64,000 nucleotides of DNA from Nitrosopumilaceae archaeon (GTDB lineage: Archaea > Thermoproteota > Nitrososphaeria > Nitrososphaerales > Nitrosopumilaceae): assembly GCA_965208905.1 (NCBI GenBank), contig OZ242365.1, positions 1,568,001-1,632,000 of the forward strand. Direction: 5' to 3'. The notes beneath the pieces were generated by a model. That model made no database searches. It was not told the origin of the DNA and was given only the letters and a program-made list of their open reading frames with translations. The position numbers and the translations under genes are program-made. Positions 1 through 11,462 of this stretch are shown one piece after another; position 1 is the first letter of the stretch; each line of letters starts with the position of its first letter.

Positions 1-1989
1 GGCCTTGGACTGCTTGGCCTCGGGATTCTTTATATTTTGGGCCTCATCCAACACGACACCCTGCCAGTCTATCTCGGAGAGAAGTTTCAGATCCCGCTGT
101 AGCAGACCATAACTTGTTATAACGATGGCATGTCGTTGGGCAGCATCTTGGAATTTGTGGGATTTTAGCCTGTCTGAACCATGGTGTATCATAACCGGCA
201 AGTTGTGAGTAAATCGGGCCGCCTCCCTCTGCCAGTTATTCATGACTGATGTGGGGCATACCAGCAGTGTAGGCCGTTGGCTCTTTGGCCAGTCGTGTTG
301 TATTAACGCCAGCATCTGTACTGTCTTGCCCAGGCCCATATCATCTGCCAGACATCCTCCAAGCCCCCACTGACTCAAAAAGACCAGCCACGAGTATCCC
401 CGTACTTGGTAGGGCCTCAGTGTTCCGGTGAATCCTTCTGGTTGTTCCAGTTCTTCAAACTCGGCCTGCCCCTCTATCTTTTGTAGTACATCGGTCATGT
501 GTCCGGCGGTCTGTACACCACCAAACTCCAACTCCTGCGGCAGGTCTGCCATGCCCAGTGTAGTCTTTATGACATCCCGAAATGTCATTCTTTTGGGCCC
601 CTTCTTTAGAAACTTCACCGCAGACTTTATCTCGGATTTATTTACAGCCACCCATCTTCCACGCACCCGTACCAGAGGCTCCTTTATCCTGGCAAGATCC
701 TCCAACTCCTGTAGCGTGACCTTTTGGTCTCCTAATGCCGCCTCCCAATCAAATGACACTATGGTATCCAATGAGAGCATGCCTGTAGATGAGTTAAATC
801 CCTTGTCTGTCTGGCCTACAATACGGGGTTTAGAGCCCTTACGGCTCCACCAAGACGGAAGCAATACCGCATAACCGGCATCCCGTAACGTTTCAGCATC
901 ATCATTTAGGAATTTGAATGCACCATCCATGTCGGTTATATATCCAGTGATGTCATTCTGGTCTAAACCATCACGTACACTCGAGGATATCTTTGCGGTT
1001 CGACTCAGTGATAGTATGAGATACTCTTTTAGCTCGTCCACCTTTAATCCCGGCATTTCATCATTCGCCCATAGATGATCTGGAGTAACCATCAGGCTGG
1101 GATCATCTTTGTTTTGTAAAAGAAAGGTTACACGCCAGTCCGAGTCGTCTGTGGGCTCTTCTAATCTAAAGCAGAGTCTAAAGTCGGAGTAGAACTGCAT
1201 ATCCAGTGGATGAAACCACCTGCGTACGTCTGCTACAAAACTTTGTATGTCGTCTAATTTTGGGTACGCGTCTCCCAGTGTCTTTAGTGCATATATCCAC
1301 ATATCGTGTGGGGAGCTGAACTGTTTGCGTATACTGCGTCTAGGCGTATTGTTGCCGGATGCGGCCGTCCGTACAATATAATCCAGCATGATTGCCACCA
1401 TCCTTTGAAGTATATCTGCAGGGCTGCTACTAGGCATACTCTGTCCTGACACGGTGAGGGCTCTTGCCACAAGCGGCATCTGGTTTTGTAGATCCTGTAT
1501 TCGCTGATGGACGTCATCAGAGTACGTCATATTCCATACTGCCGCATATGCATCGCCAGCATCTATCAGGTCCGGCAGATACTGCTGCCTCACCACCTGA
1601 AAACTTGCCAGCTTTAGTACATCTACCCAGTACTTTATGTCCGCACCTATGACAATATCGCTCTTTAGAGTATCCTTTCCCATACATGCAGAGAGTATGC
1701 TTATCGTATCTGTTGTTGAGAGTGGAATGGCTGTAATCTGCCAGGGGGATATCTCCATCTTGTCATCTGTCTGTGTGGTTGTAGATGGTATGGGTCCGAG
1801 TCTGTTTGTGGGCAGCCAGGCAGTTATTGTGGTGTCGTTGAGTTTTAACTTTGTACCCCTTACGGCCTTGCTTATATCTTGTAATGTGGCACCGAACACA
1901 CCTGTCTGTTTTGGTAGAAGGCTACTCTCTGTGTTCTCCCCCCACAGATACAGTCTACCATCACAGTACCCGATATGAAGAATAATCAT
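1..1989 (-). CDS. SNF2/SWI2-family helicase (DUF3670-type N-terminus), runs off left edge
   Basis: Hand translation of sampled segments from ATG 1989: MIILHIGYCDGRLYLWGE...FRLCFRLEEP...LRPYQVRGYSWL...LADDMGLGKT...VCPTSVMNNW...VVLDEAQNIKNP; absent from the ORF track because no stop lies in the window. Confidence 0.9.
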   Translation of the reverse strand, partial: MIILHIGYCDGRLYLWGENTESSLLPKQTGVFGATLQDISKAVRGTKLKLNDTTITAWLPTNRLGPIPSTTTQTDDKMEISPWQITAIPLSTTDTISILSACMGKDTLKSDIVIGADIKYWVDVLKLASFQVVRQQYLPDLIDAGDAYAAVWNMTYSDDVHQRIQDLQNQMPLVARALTVSGQSMPSSSPADILQRMVAIMLDYIVRTAASGNNTPRRSIRKQFSSPHDMWIYALKTLGDAYPKLDDIQSFVADVRRWFHPLDMQFYSDFRLCFRLEEPTDDSDWRVTFLLQNKDDPSLMVTPDHLWANDEMPGLKVDELKEYLILSLSRTAKISSSVRDGLDQNDITGYITDMDGAFKFLNDDAETLRDAGYAVLLPSWWSRKGSKPRIVGQTDKGFNSSTGMLSLDTIVSFDWEAALGDQKVTLQELEDLARIKEPLVRVRGRWVAVNKSEIKSAVKFLKKGPKRMTFRDVIKTTLGMADLPQELEFGGVQTAGHMTDVLQKIEGQAEFEELEQPEGFTGTLRPYQVRGYSWLVFLSQWGLGGCLADDMGLGKTVQMLALIQHDWPKSQRPTLLVCPTSVMNNWQREAARFTHNLPVMIHHGSDRLKSHKFQDAAQRHAIVITSYGLLQRDLKLLSEIDWQGVVLDEAQNIKNPEAKQSKA

Positions 1990-2297
1990 TACAAACTTGT
2001 GAAAAAATAAACTCATATAAATACCACTTCTATACGCAACTTTCTGTCATAACTATTCCCGAATATCGCTACATTGATCAAAACACCTATAGCTCCCATC
2101 ATTAAGCCATCTAGTTATGGTAAAAACTGACAACCATACAGTACATCAAGTGTGGCGCAGACATGTCGTACAGTAGAGGTTATGCGTAATCGAAAAATCT
2201 GACTATTATAATTTTTAAAATTGTATATATATGTCGGATCATGTATATTGTATAGACTGTACAGTACATTATACCAAAGTATCAGGGAACCAAGCAT

Positions 2298-3603
2298 GTG
2301 ACCCGCACACTAACGTATCGTCTCAAGACTAGCACCCGGCTGACTGCATACTTTGATTCGATGGAGTCCGAGTCTCATGTATGGTTGAACGCCGGTCTGC
2401 AGGCCAGAAACATTGGGGCGACGTTCATTGACTGCGCAAAGGTCGTAACGCTTGTATCTACTATACCACAAGCATTCGCGTACGGGGCGATACAGGTCGG
2501 CAGAAAGATGCAGGGCAGCTGTACATCGTGCGGCTCACCTGAAGATGTGTGCAAGTGCAAGACACCAGACGTACAACACAAGAGGGTTGTACCGTATGGC
2601 AACCATACATATCCATTGTATAGCGCCAGGCCGCTGGGAAAAAAGTCCACCGGCAATGTGGTCTACTTTCCGTGTTGCAGTGTTCCATTCTACTTGCAGA
2701 AAGGCGAGCTGCCCAAAGACTCCCAGTCGTACAAGATAGTAGACGTTACAAACCACTCTGATAAGGAACGGCAGTTCGAGCTACATGTGACAGTTCGTGA
2801 GCATATACCGGACCGCGTATGTACCGGTGTGTTCGCCGGAGTAGACATGGGTGGGCACCATACCATGGTAGTTGCCAAGTCCGATGGAACCGCAAATGTA
2901 TTGTCATTACGCGAAAAGATCACACTACACAAGATACGCGGGCTGCACCAGCGCATGTCGCGCTGCACAGCAGGTTCGCGGAAATATGTCAATCTCAAAA
3001 AACAGTTAAACGCCATATACAGAAAGATGAAGAATCGTCAGCGCGACAGACTCAGAAAGTTCGCCAAAAAACTATTCGAGCAGTGTGACAAGATAATCTT
3101 TGAGGGGATGGGGCTTGATACCCTGACGCGCGCCGGCCCGGGACAGACAGAGAAGAACAAAAAGATGCGACAGTCAAAGTGCGGCGAGGCACGGAATTAC
3201 ATGGCGTATGGCTCCACACGACACAACGTCGAATATGCAGAGGTCAACCCCCGCAACACCTCAAAGATGTGCTTTATGTGCTGCAGATATAACACATTGC
3301 GCGAAGGCCGGAAATTAACCTGTCATGAACAGTCGTAAAACAATACACGCGGATGTAAACGCAGCATTCAATATACTATACACTTTTGCAATCGTCTGGT
3401 GGTCTGCGCGGATTCGCGCCGTGCAGAAACTCCAGCGCGAGGTCAGACTGGCCTCGAGAGGGCAGATACATCTTGACACGGGTATGACTCCCCCCGTGGT
3501 TGGAGCAACCCTTCCCGGTACGCGGAAGGCTCAATGTATACCTCTGGATGGTGGAAACACCAACAGCGTGTTATGTGTTTCAGATCGCTTGAAAGTGGTT
3601 TGA
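2298..3603 (+). pseudogene. tnpB: TnpB (IS200/IS605 RNA-guided nuclease) relic, frameshifted near 3325
   Basis: RuvC-I GVDMG, RuvC-II IIFEGM and Zn finger TSKMCFMC in ORF 2298-3338; RuvC-III HADVNAAFNIL in the next frame (3325-3603). Confidence 0.85.
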
Positions 3604-3668
3604 TTACGCATAAACTCTAGTATAACCCCGAGTGAAAGTGTGATGTCAACTGTGCCAACAAGGGAAAG

Positions 3669-3893
3669 GTGGGTGCTCCGTATCAATATTCGGAGACATT
3701 GATTATGCTGACCGCTGCTCTCAGGGTCGGGATTGGAGTCCGGAATATGCAACTTGAAGGCATAGTCGGAAAGATGATTGGAGAATCCAATACGCCTTCC
3801 TTTAGCCATATACGCAAGCGGATAGGCAAGATCTATGTGAATAGAAATCAGAATGAAGTAATAACAGTGTCAAACATGGAGTGGGTCTGGTGA
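3669..3893 (+). pseudogene. IS5-family transposase N-terminal fragment
   Basis: GAPYQYS...RNMQLEG...PSFSHIRKR resembles the GRPYxY...YRQLEG...PDYSTI N-terminus of archaeal IS5-like transposases; truncated. Confidence 0.55.
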
Positions 3894-4260
3894 CACGTTT
3901 CTGGGTGTAGTGGCATGATGCCATGATGGACCGCTTGGTAGGGACCGTCTCCCTTCCTCCCCGGCGCCTAATACCCCTGCGGAATACAGGCGAGTCGCCA
4001 GGGTGGCTGCGACGACTGCCACTACCACACAGCCCCCCACCTGGCGGCGGTTGCCCGTACTAGGGGACAATAGGATCCGATAGTCTGTCAGGCGAAGGGT
4101 GGCTTCCGTGCGGTTTTTGTCAAAGTCCCATAATTTCAGTGTGGTCAGCCGTACAGAGCGAACTGGCAGTGGTGTATGACATGTGAATAGACGCGCGATT
4201 GTCTGGGAATATGGCTAGGGGCAGACGGCGCGCCATCACGCACACTAGATATTCTGGGCC

Positions 4261-4746
4261 TCACGCAGCGATTATACCGGTCATTCTAACTGGCCGCACC
4301 TCTCCGGTCTCAACCAGCCAGATGACGGCCTCTTCTATATCCTCTATAGTGGCAAAGTATCTGCAGGCCAGTCGCTCTTTGATCACCTTCCACTGGACCT
4401 CAATCGAGTTCAGTTGGGACGTGTAAGGCGGGAGATGTATTAGTACTACATCCCCGTTGGTCGACGCCAGATAGTTCTGTACGTATCGCGACCTATGGTA
4501 CGAGGCGTTGTCCATGATGAATGTCACCTTGCCATACTCCTGGCGCAGTGCCTCCAAAAAGATCTTGAATGTTGTCGAGTTTGCCGCTCCTGCGGGCATA
4601 ATGTGCAGTCTGTCCCGGCCCAAGACACCAAACACTTTGATCGACTTTTTGGAGAATCCTATCTTGACGGTTGAGCTGACCCCGCGCGGCATCCATCCCC
4701 GGGCCGATACTGCCGCCAGCCTGAGAGTCATCTCGTCCTGATACAA
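4261..4746 (-). CDS. IS630 transposase catalytic part (orfB)
   Basis: YQDE...IMDNASYH...LPPYTSQLNSIEVQW DDE motifs. Confidence 0.9.
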   Translation of the reverse strand: MYQDEMTLRLAAVSARGWMPRGVSSTVKIGFSKKSIKVFGVLGRDRLHIMPAGAANSTTFKIFLEALRQEYGKVTFIMDNASYHRSRYVQNYLASTNGDVVLIHLPPYTSQLNSIEVQWKVIKERLACRYFATIEDIEEAVIWLVETGEVRPVRMTGIIAA

Positions 4747-4774
4747 GACTACATGTCCGGCGGCGACCTGCTGG

Positions 4775-5326
4775 TCAACTATACACTGAGTCTTCTTGCT
4801 GAACTCGGCCTGCTCCTGTTCCGATGCGGAGTTGTGCGGGAATGGTCTTCGGCTTTCTGAACGATATGCCTGCGCGTCGCAGTGTCCGTCTCAGCGTTCT
4901 GGGATGTATATTTATGCCCATTCTGTCGCGGATCATACTGATGATCATCGACGTCTGCCAGATACCGGACTCAAAATTGTAATCCTGAGGAGATCCGCAC
5001 ACCCATTCCAGGATTAAACGGTAGGTATCCTCGTCCAGAATCCTCTTCCTGTTGGGGGATGCCCTGTCTATCCTGCCGTCCAGTCCGCGCTCGTGCATGC
5101 GTAGCAGCCAGCCGTAGACGGTGGCGTACGGCCGGCCCATCTCCTTGGCTATGCCGCTGATGCTTCCGTACCTCTTCCTTTTGAGGGCGGCCGTCAGTAT
5201 GAGTAGTTCTTTGGGGATCTTCTTGCAGCTGGGGATGGCTGCAATCATCGATTCCAGTTCTGCTTCTGGAACGTCCGGGAGGTATTCGTCTCCGACGGGA
5301 ATCTTTTCTGGTTTACTTTGTGCCAT
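4775..5326 (-). CDS. IS630 transposase HTH part (orfA), out of frame with orfB
   Basis: HTH (IAKEMGRPYATVYGW) and winged-helix (WQTSMI...HPRTLRRTLRRAG) segments. Confidence 0.85.
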   Translation of the reverse strand: MAQSKPEKIPVGDEYLPDVPEAELESMIAAIPSCKKIPKELLILTAALKRKRYGSISGIAKEMGRPYATVYGWLLRMHERGLDGRIDRASPNRKRILDEDTYRLILEWVCGSPQDYNFESGIWQTSMIISMIRDRMGINIHPRTLRRTLRRAGISFRKPKTIPAQLRIGTGAGRVQQEDSVYS

Positions 5327-5455
5327 ATAGGTACGGGAATGTATACATGATCTTAATGTTTCGGTCGGTCACATCGCGGATCATCTCATATGGGACAAAT
5401 TCGTCGATTCAGGTTATTACACTCAAAATCTATCGGATCCTATTGTCCGCTAGTA

Positions 5456-5976
5456 CCCGTTCTTTCTTGATAAACTTCCTCTGCTCTTCGGGTGTGGCGC
5501 TGTTGTACGAGGCGGGTCGTAGTTGTCTGATCGAAAATTCCAGTTGGTGAGCCAGTTGGATTGCCGACCTGTTGCTGTACTGTACGCCGAACCGTTCCAG
5601 TATGTGCCTGGCAAGTATCTTGGCATTACAACTACCACACTCAAAGCCGCTGTCGCGTGGCCGTCCAGTCAAGATCCACCTTGTTGGTACGCTCCTGTTC
5701 TGTGTTCAGCAGCCGTGGTATGCCCGGACTTTTGGTATCGTGCCTGCTCTTGAGGCCTTCGCGTTTTATCCTGTATAGTCACCGGTGGACGGTGCTAATC
5801 CCCCACCTTATAGTGCGGGCCATCTCTTTGAGCATCCTGTCGCGCTTTCTGAGCACGGCGGTCTGTAGTCTGTTTCTGGACTTGTCGGGATATTCGCGCC
5901 TGTACGTCTCTTCCAGTTTAGACAACTGCACGCCGGGCAGGTACTCTTCTCCCCTCTTTACCTATGTCTTTGGTAT
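5456..5976 (-). pseudogene. Older degraded IS630 transposase interrupted by copy 1 (continues about 3920-4057)
   Basis: KRGEEYLPGV...WGISTVHR*...YNSATPEEQRKF with stops and frameshifts; RRGIRRRGGRETVPTKRSI resumes on the other side of the TA target. Confidence 0.7.
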
Positions 5977-6219
5977 AGGGGTCTGGGGGTGGCAGGGAGA
6001 TCTGCATGTTTCGGTTCGTCACGTGGTTTTCCATTCTTTTTGACGAGTACTGTGCATGGCAAATTCAACACGACTCTTGGGCCCAACAGGGCAGATAGAA
6101 TGCTCAATCTAATAATGCCCATACACAGTATCTGTTATCAATTATGTAAGTGCATACAATATTATGATCGTAACATTACTTCCTAGCCACACCATCACAT
6201 CAAGACGTCCCGCAACGTG

Positions 6220-8667
6220 TCAGGACTGTGGTGTGTCAGATGCATAATAACCCGACGCAAAGATGAGTCCATCATGCATTGTAAGCCAAGTCCGCTTCTG
6301 CTCCATCTGGCCAGTACTGGGATTTATAAATTCATACTCTGCCCACTTGCCACGTTGCGCCTCCAACTCGTCTGTCTGGCTCACTGATGCATTGTGCTGG
6401 AGTATGACCTGCCACTCGGATATGTCTCCGATGGTGCCGGGGTCTACGCTCTGTGCCTCTACCACACCGGTATGGGGATCAATCACAAACAGGTAGGTGG
6501 AAACGACCTCATGCATTGCATTAGTGTTGGCAAGAAACGCGTCCTTGCCGTCTCTTATGTATTCCAGAACTCCCTTGTGGGCTATGGTCTGTATCTGAGC
6601 GTCAAAGACATAATAACCAGACGCAAATATTAGCCCGTCTCGCATATACATATAGGTGCGTTTGGGTTGTTTTGTATCGGTGCCCGGATTTGTAAAGGTG
6701 TACTCTGTCCAGGTACTTCCGTTCCTTTCCAGATCATCCAGTATGTCCTCTATCGGCCTGTCACCTGTATTCAGTATTGAGTAGGGTATGTGTCCGATCC
6801 TGTCGGGAATCGCCCCGTGGGCCACCGTCTCCAGAGTGGTTCTGTTCAGGACAAACGGGTAGAGTTCATTTGTTGCCACCAATTCTTTCGGGGTGATTAT
6901 GTCTGCCCACGAGTTGTTCTCCTTATTGGATTCGTAGATGAACACTGCATAGTCCACCACACTCTGAACATCGCTGTCGGCAACCGTATAGGATGTTCCG
7001 AATAGATATCCACCGTGAGAGGTATACCAGGTGCGCTTGATCTGCTGCGTCCCAGTTGATGGATCATTAATTACTAAATGGCGCCACGTATTCCCGCCCC
7101 GGTGTTCAAGAGTCTCTGATGTGGCATGCAACGGCACGCCTGTTATTGTGGGTTGCGTTCCTATTAGATGGTGGTTTTTGCCAATTGATATCACATAGCT
7201 GGTTGAGTTTCTAACGAATGGGTAAAGACTGCCCTCATTAAGATCTCCAGATGTAATAGTATCAAAAGCGTCTGCGCCGTGCGACCTGTAGGCATAGATT
7301 GCCTTGTCAGCCATCGATTGGGCTCGAGAGTCTGGCAGGTGGTATCCGGCGCCAAATATGTATCCGTCGTATAGGCTAATGTAGGTGCGTGTCAGCTGGA
7401 GCGTGCGTGTGTCTACGTTCACCGACATGTAGGCTATCCATGTACTCCCGTCCCGAACCAAATCCTCGCGTATGCGTTCTATGCTTCTATCTGCAGCCAC
7501 AAGAAAATCTGCAGTGTCACCTACTAGATTCTGGCGTGCTCCGTGCGCTACGATCTCCAGACTGGTCGCATTTATAACAAACGGATAGTATGACACAAGC
7601 GGGCGCGCTATCTCCGGCGTAATCATATCAAAGGCGCTTGTACCGCGTGACTTGTACAAGTGAAGTGCCTCTTCAACATGTGATTGAACCCTAGAGTCGG
7701 GCAGGTAGTATCCGGAGCCAAATATGTATTCGTCATGCGAATACAGCCACGTACGCTTGAGCTGTCTGGTGTCTGTATCTGGATTTGTAAATATGTACTC
7801 CACCCACGTGTCGCCGTCCCTTTCCAGATCATCCAATATGTCCTCTATCGGCCTGTCGCCTGTATTCAGTATTGAGTAGGGTATGTGTCCGATCCTGTCG
7901 GGAATCGCCCCGTGGGCCACCGTCATTAAAGTGGATTCAACAAATATGAATGGATATGGTTCTGCTGTGCGAAGTATGTCTTGTGGCGTTATTATCTCAA
8001 AGGCACCATGACCTTCCGTATTAAAGAGGCGGACGGCTTCATCTACCGCATACTTTACTCGGGATTCTTGCAGGTAGTGGCCGGCGCCAAATATGTATCC
8101 ATCATGCGAGTACAGAAATGCACGTTTGAGCTGAATCGTTCCCGTATCTGGGTTTGTGGCCATGTATTCCACCCATGTACCCCCATCCCGTGTCAGGTCT
8201 GCAAGGATGTGATACGTCGGCCTGTCCGCATTTATAATGTCGTCTGGGATAATTCCAGACAGGTTTGAGAATGCGCCATTCGCCACAGTCTCAAAGGTAG
8301 TGCCGTTGAGGACGAATGGGTAGATTGTGTCATCATAAGTACTTTCAGTTGGCGTAATGCTGTCAAACGCGCCTGTGCCATCCATTTGATACAACAGTAA
8401 TGCATCTAGTATCACCACATGTACACGTGATTCCACACTATCCTGATCATATCTGGAATGTGTGGGTATCACCTCCATGGCCTCCATGTCATTCATGACA
8501 TCGTCTGCCCCAAACCCAAGCGGCATCTCTGCCAGCCAGCCAACCACAGCCACAACTGAAACCGCTACAAGCATCCAACATACATCTCTGGATATATTCA
8601 CAATATTGGTAAGATGTGGTGATATATAATTGAATATACAACCAGCTAACCCAAAAGTGATCTGCAA
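6220..8667 (-). CDS. Secreted or membrane-anchored protein with about six tandem single-Cache-like domains
   Basis: Hydrophobic N-terminus; repeated YPFV...VAHG...GTWVEY.FTNP.T....KRT....DGYIFG(S/A)GYY units; true start may be downstream of 8667. Confidence 0.8.
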   Translation of the reverse strand: MQITFGLAGCIFNYISPHLTNIVNISRDVCWMLVAVSVVAVVGWLAEMPLGFGADDVMNDMEAMEVIPTHSRYDQDSVESRVHVVILDALLLYQMDGTGAFDSITPTESTYDDTIYPFVLNGTTFETVANGAFSNLSGIIPDDIINADRPTYHILADLTRDGGTWVEYMATNPDTGTIQLKRAFLYSHDGYIFGAGHYLQESRVKYAVDEAVRLFNTEGHGAFEIITPQDILRTAEPYPFIFVESTLMTVAHGAIPDRIGHIPYSILNTGDRPIEDILDDLERDGDTWVEYIFTNPDTDTRQLKRTWLYSHDEYIFGSGYYLPDSRVQSHVEEALHLYKSRGTSAFDMITPEIARPLVSYYPFVINATSLEIVAHGARQNLVGDTADFLVAADRSIERIREDLVRDGSTWIAYMSVNVDTRTLQLTRTYISLYDGYIFGAGYHLPDSRAQSMADKAIYAYRSHGADAFDTITSGDLNEGSLYPFVRNSTSYVISIGKNHHLIGTQPTITGVPLHATSETLEHRGGNTWRHLVINDPSTGTQQIKRTWYTSHGGYLFGTSYTVADSDVQSVVDYAVFIYESNKENNSWADIITPKELVATNELYPFVLNRTTLETVAHGAIPDRIGHIPYSILNTGDRPIEDILDDLERNGSTWTEYTFTNPGTDTKQPKRTYMYMRDGLIFASGYYVFDAQIQTIAHKGVLEYIRDGKDAFLANTNAMHEVVSTYLFVIDPHTGVVEAQSVDPGTIGDISEWQVILQHNASVSQTDELEAQRGKWAEYEFINPSTGQMEQKRTWLTMHDGLIFASGYYASDTPQS

Positions 8668-8803
8668 ATCAAAGGCAGGTTCGTTAAATTGGTCTACGGG
8701 AGTACGCCAGTTTGTTGCATATGCCTACACATCTCGTGTTTTAGTATACACGTGTCAGTACTTGATGCTCCAACCCATGCGCAGACTCCCTTGAATGTAC
8801 ATT

Positions 8804-9562
8804 CTAAACTACATGGACTAGGAAGGGATTCGTGGACCTATCCTCTATAAGGGACCTCAGCGGGTATTCGGCGCGGTTAAATATACCTGCGGCCTTCTTC
8901 CTACTTGGCTTGTCCTCGCTGACGGCGCCCATACGTTGCTTGATGTTGGGCATCATGTTCATGCAGAATACCTCTTCAAAATTGTAATCCGCATCGTATC
9001 CACGATCCGCATTAAATATGTGCCCATTAAAATCAAACCCCTGATTTTTGATGTTATTCAGCATGTCCGGCAGTTTTAGACAGTCGTTTATGTTGCCGGG
9101 TGTGCTCACTGCCGATAGCACAATTTGAAGTCCCACAATGGCCGTAATGTGGTATTTCCAGTACTCTTTTTGGCGTGTCTGCATGGTTTTGCCCGTAACC
9201 TTGTCCTCTTTTTCGACATTTTTGTATCGGGTGGTCTCCACACCGCTGCTGTCTGCCGCCAGCGGCCCGCTCGCCCCGTCTGCGGCCCTGATGCAGCGGC
9301 GGGCCGTCTCTGCCAATATATAATCCATCCAGTCTTCGGGTATGGTGTATAGATGTCTGCACAGCCAGCTGTGGTCCGGAGCGGGTTCATCGCTCCACGG
9401 CGTATTCATGGTGCGCAAATCTGATTCCGCATTGCGGCAGGTGTCGTTGCTGGCCATCATGTATAGACAGGCAAAGTCCATCTTATCCTTGGAGTGTATG
9501 GGCGGACGACCTCTTGTTGGTTTTGTGCGCGGACAGGGGTTCTTTGTGATTACGTCAATCAA
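8804..9562 (-). pseudogene. IS5/IS4-superfamily transposase, C-terminally truncated
   Basis: LAADSSG, ADRGYD and Y..RSLIE motifs followed by an abrupt end. Confidence 0.8.
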
Positions 9563-9774
9563 CGTTTTTTGGAGGTGGACTGTCTCAACGGTCTTTGCCA
9601 GTTCATAATACTGCCAGTACCCTTCGCGCCTAATATGTTGACTTATACATGTGTATGGGGATGCCGATCTTTAAAACTTTCCTACGATCAAAAGTGTATA
9701 CAAACGATCAAACGCCCTAAATTTAGCCGGGCGCGATATGCCGTGCGGCCATACAAGGTTGTCGGCACAAGAGT

Positions 9775-10164
9775 TCACACATTACACATCTTAAGGCATA
9801 CCTGACTCGAATTACGCACCAACCTCGGTTTCTCTACCACGCCCTGAGTGTTACGGTAGGGCATTAGATAGGGTATGTTCAACTTATTCAAGTTTGATAT
9901 GGTCTCAGCCGAAAAGAACTCACGATCAAACAGACATAGTTTGATCATTATGCCATAATTTAGACACTCTTGTATTATGACACGCACCATGTCTGGAACT
10001 GATGCCAGAGCCTGTACCGGCAGGCATCCCAGATTGAGACGAATACTATCATTGACGCATTGTATTGTTATGTATCGCTCAAAATATTTGGTCCCATTCT
10101 TGTATCTGTATATTGTCAACTCCTCTCCCCGTGTACGGTCGTATCTTGGGTAGAGATGCCACAT
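9775..10164 (-). pseudogene. ISH3-like transposase fragment
   Basis: KNGTKYFERYITIQCV...LFDREFFS...IPYLMP. Confidence 0.65.
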
Positions 10165-10244
10165 CTATTGCAACAACTATGCCGTCTTTGGGCACCCAAC
10201 TTTGCAGGAGGAACCCTCGCACATATGATTTATAGCACTATCAT

Positions 10245-11462
10245 GTGGGGAGAGAAATGTTGTATTCGACAACCGTGGGATCAGTATTTATCATAGTAGG
10301 AGTCGCATTGGGCGCTGTAACCATCCCCACAACGTTTGCAGACCAAGATACCGCAGTCGTACTAAACAAGGAAGGATCTGCCATACCCGGTTGTGAAGAG
10401 ACCGACGACTGTTTTGTACCCAGTACAGTTACCATAAATGTGGGTGGAGAAGTAATTTGGAAGAATATTGATACAACATACCACAGTGCTACCAGTGGCC
10501 TAATAAGAGATGGTGGCCCAGATGGCGTATTCGATAGCGGTTTGTTTCCCCCGGGCGAGGAATTTTCTCACACATTTGATGCACCTGGCGAATATCCATA
10601 CTATTGTATTGTCCACCCATGGATGAGGGGTTTGGTGATTGTACAAGAGGCTGTAGACGATACCCCATCGGTCCAACCATACGTCAATATAGAGAATAAC
10701 TTTTTCATGGAGTTTCCTGAAGGGTGGACTGTTCAAAGTATGGACAGTGCCGATCAGCCAAATGTAATAGCAACAAATCCCACGGCTGACACCATACCCT
10801 CAAACATAACATTACACATCAAAGAAGCAGGTAATAACACACTGAATTCTATTCGTGAAAGTAGGATTGCAGATTTAGAGGGTCTGGCAGATGATGATAG
10901 TTTTCAGGTTTTAAACAATATATTAACAACCATAAACAACTTTGATGCTTTCATACTCGATACTACAGATGTACTTGATTCAGATGATGGTACCATAGAG
11001 GCCAAACATCGCGAGGTGACAATTATAGCATCAGGGAAAATCCATACGTTTCTGCTCAGTACTGCCCTGAATAACTTTGATTCGGAAGTGCGCATGTTTG
11101 ATCACTCACTGGAATCGTTCACAACAGATGCCCACATATTATCTTCTGGTTACTATTATGAAAAATTTAGAACGTTGATACTATCATTTGATGAACCCAT
11201 TACACTATCAGATGGATGGCAGGATAGCATACAGTTACGGAGTGTTGGTCCTAATGGTATCAATACATTAACACCAAGTACAATATCAAAGAACCTGATT
11301 CCAGATGGTGCAAGTATGGTATGGATTGTATTCCCATATTCTGATGTGGAACAATTGGCAGACATAACTAGTTTAACAGTGGTTGTTGAGCCAGATACGT
11401 TCACAGATAGTCAAGACATCTACAACGGCTTGACTATATTTTCGGTTACGATTTTGGATTAA
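10245..11462 (+). CDS. Secreted plastocyanin/cupredoxin-domain protein with PsbP-like second domain
   Basis: Signal peptide; type-1 Cu ligands H(SATSG)...C-IV-H-PW-M; GCEETDDCFVP typical of AOA cupredoxins. Confidence 0.85.
   Translation: MGREMLYSTTVGSVFIIVGVALGAVTIPTTFADQDTAVVLNKEGSAIPGCEETDDCFVPSTVTINVGGEVIWKNIDTTYHSATSGLIRDGGPDGVFDSGLFPPGEEFSHTFDAPGEYPYYCIVHPWMRGLVIVQEAVDDTPSVQPYVNIENNFFMEFPEGWTVQSMDSADQPNVIATNPTADTIPSNITLHIKEAGNNTLNSIRESRIADLEGLADDDSFQVLNNILTTINNFDAFILDTTDVLDSDDGTIEAKHREVTIIASGKIHTFLLSTALNNFDSEVRMFDHSLESFTTDAHILSSGYYYEKFRTLILSFDEPITLSDGWQDSIQLRSVGPNGINTLTPSTISKNLIPDGASMVWIVFPYSDVEQLADITSLTVVVEPDTFTDSQDIYNGLTIFSVTILD

Larger units (their letters stand above)
4060..5453 (-). 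mobile_element. IS630-family insertion sequence, copy 1
   Basis: Terminal inverted repeats CTAG(G/C)GGACAATAGGATCCGATAG at both ends, flanked by TA at 4058-4059 and 5454-5455. Confidence 0.92.

Noticed and set aside
9726-9733. GCCGGGCG between IS fragments (also inside CDSs near 25458 and 45630)
   Set aside because: No promoter at the right distance; expected by chance
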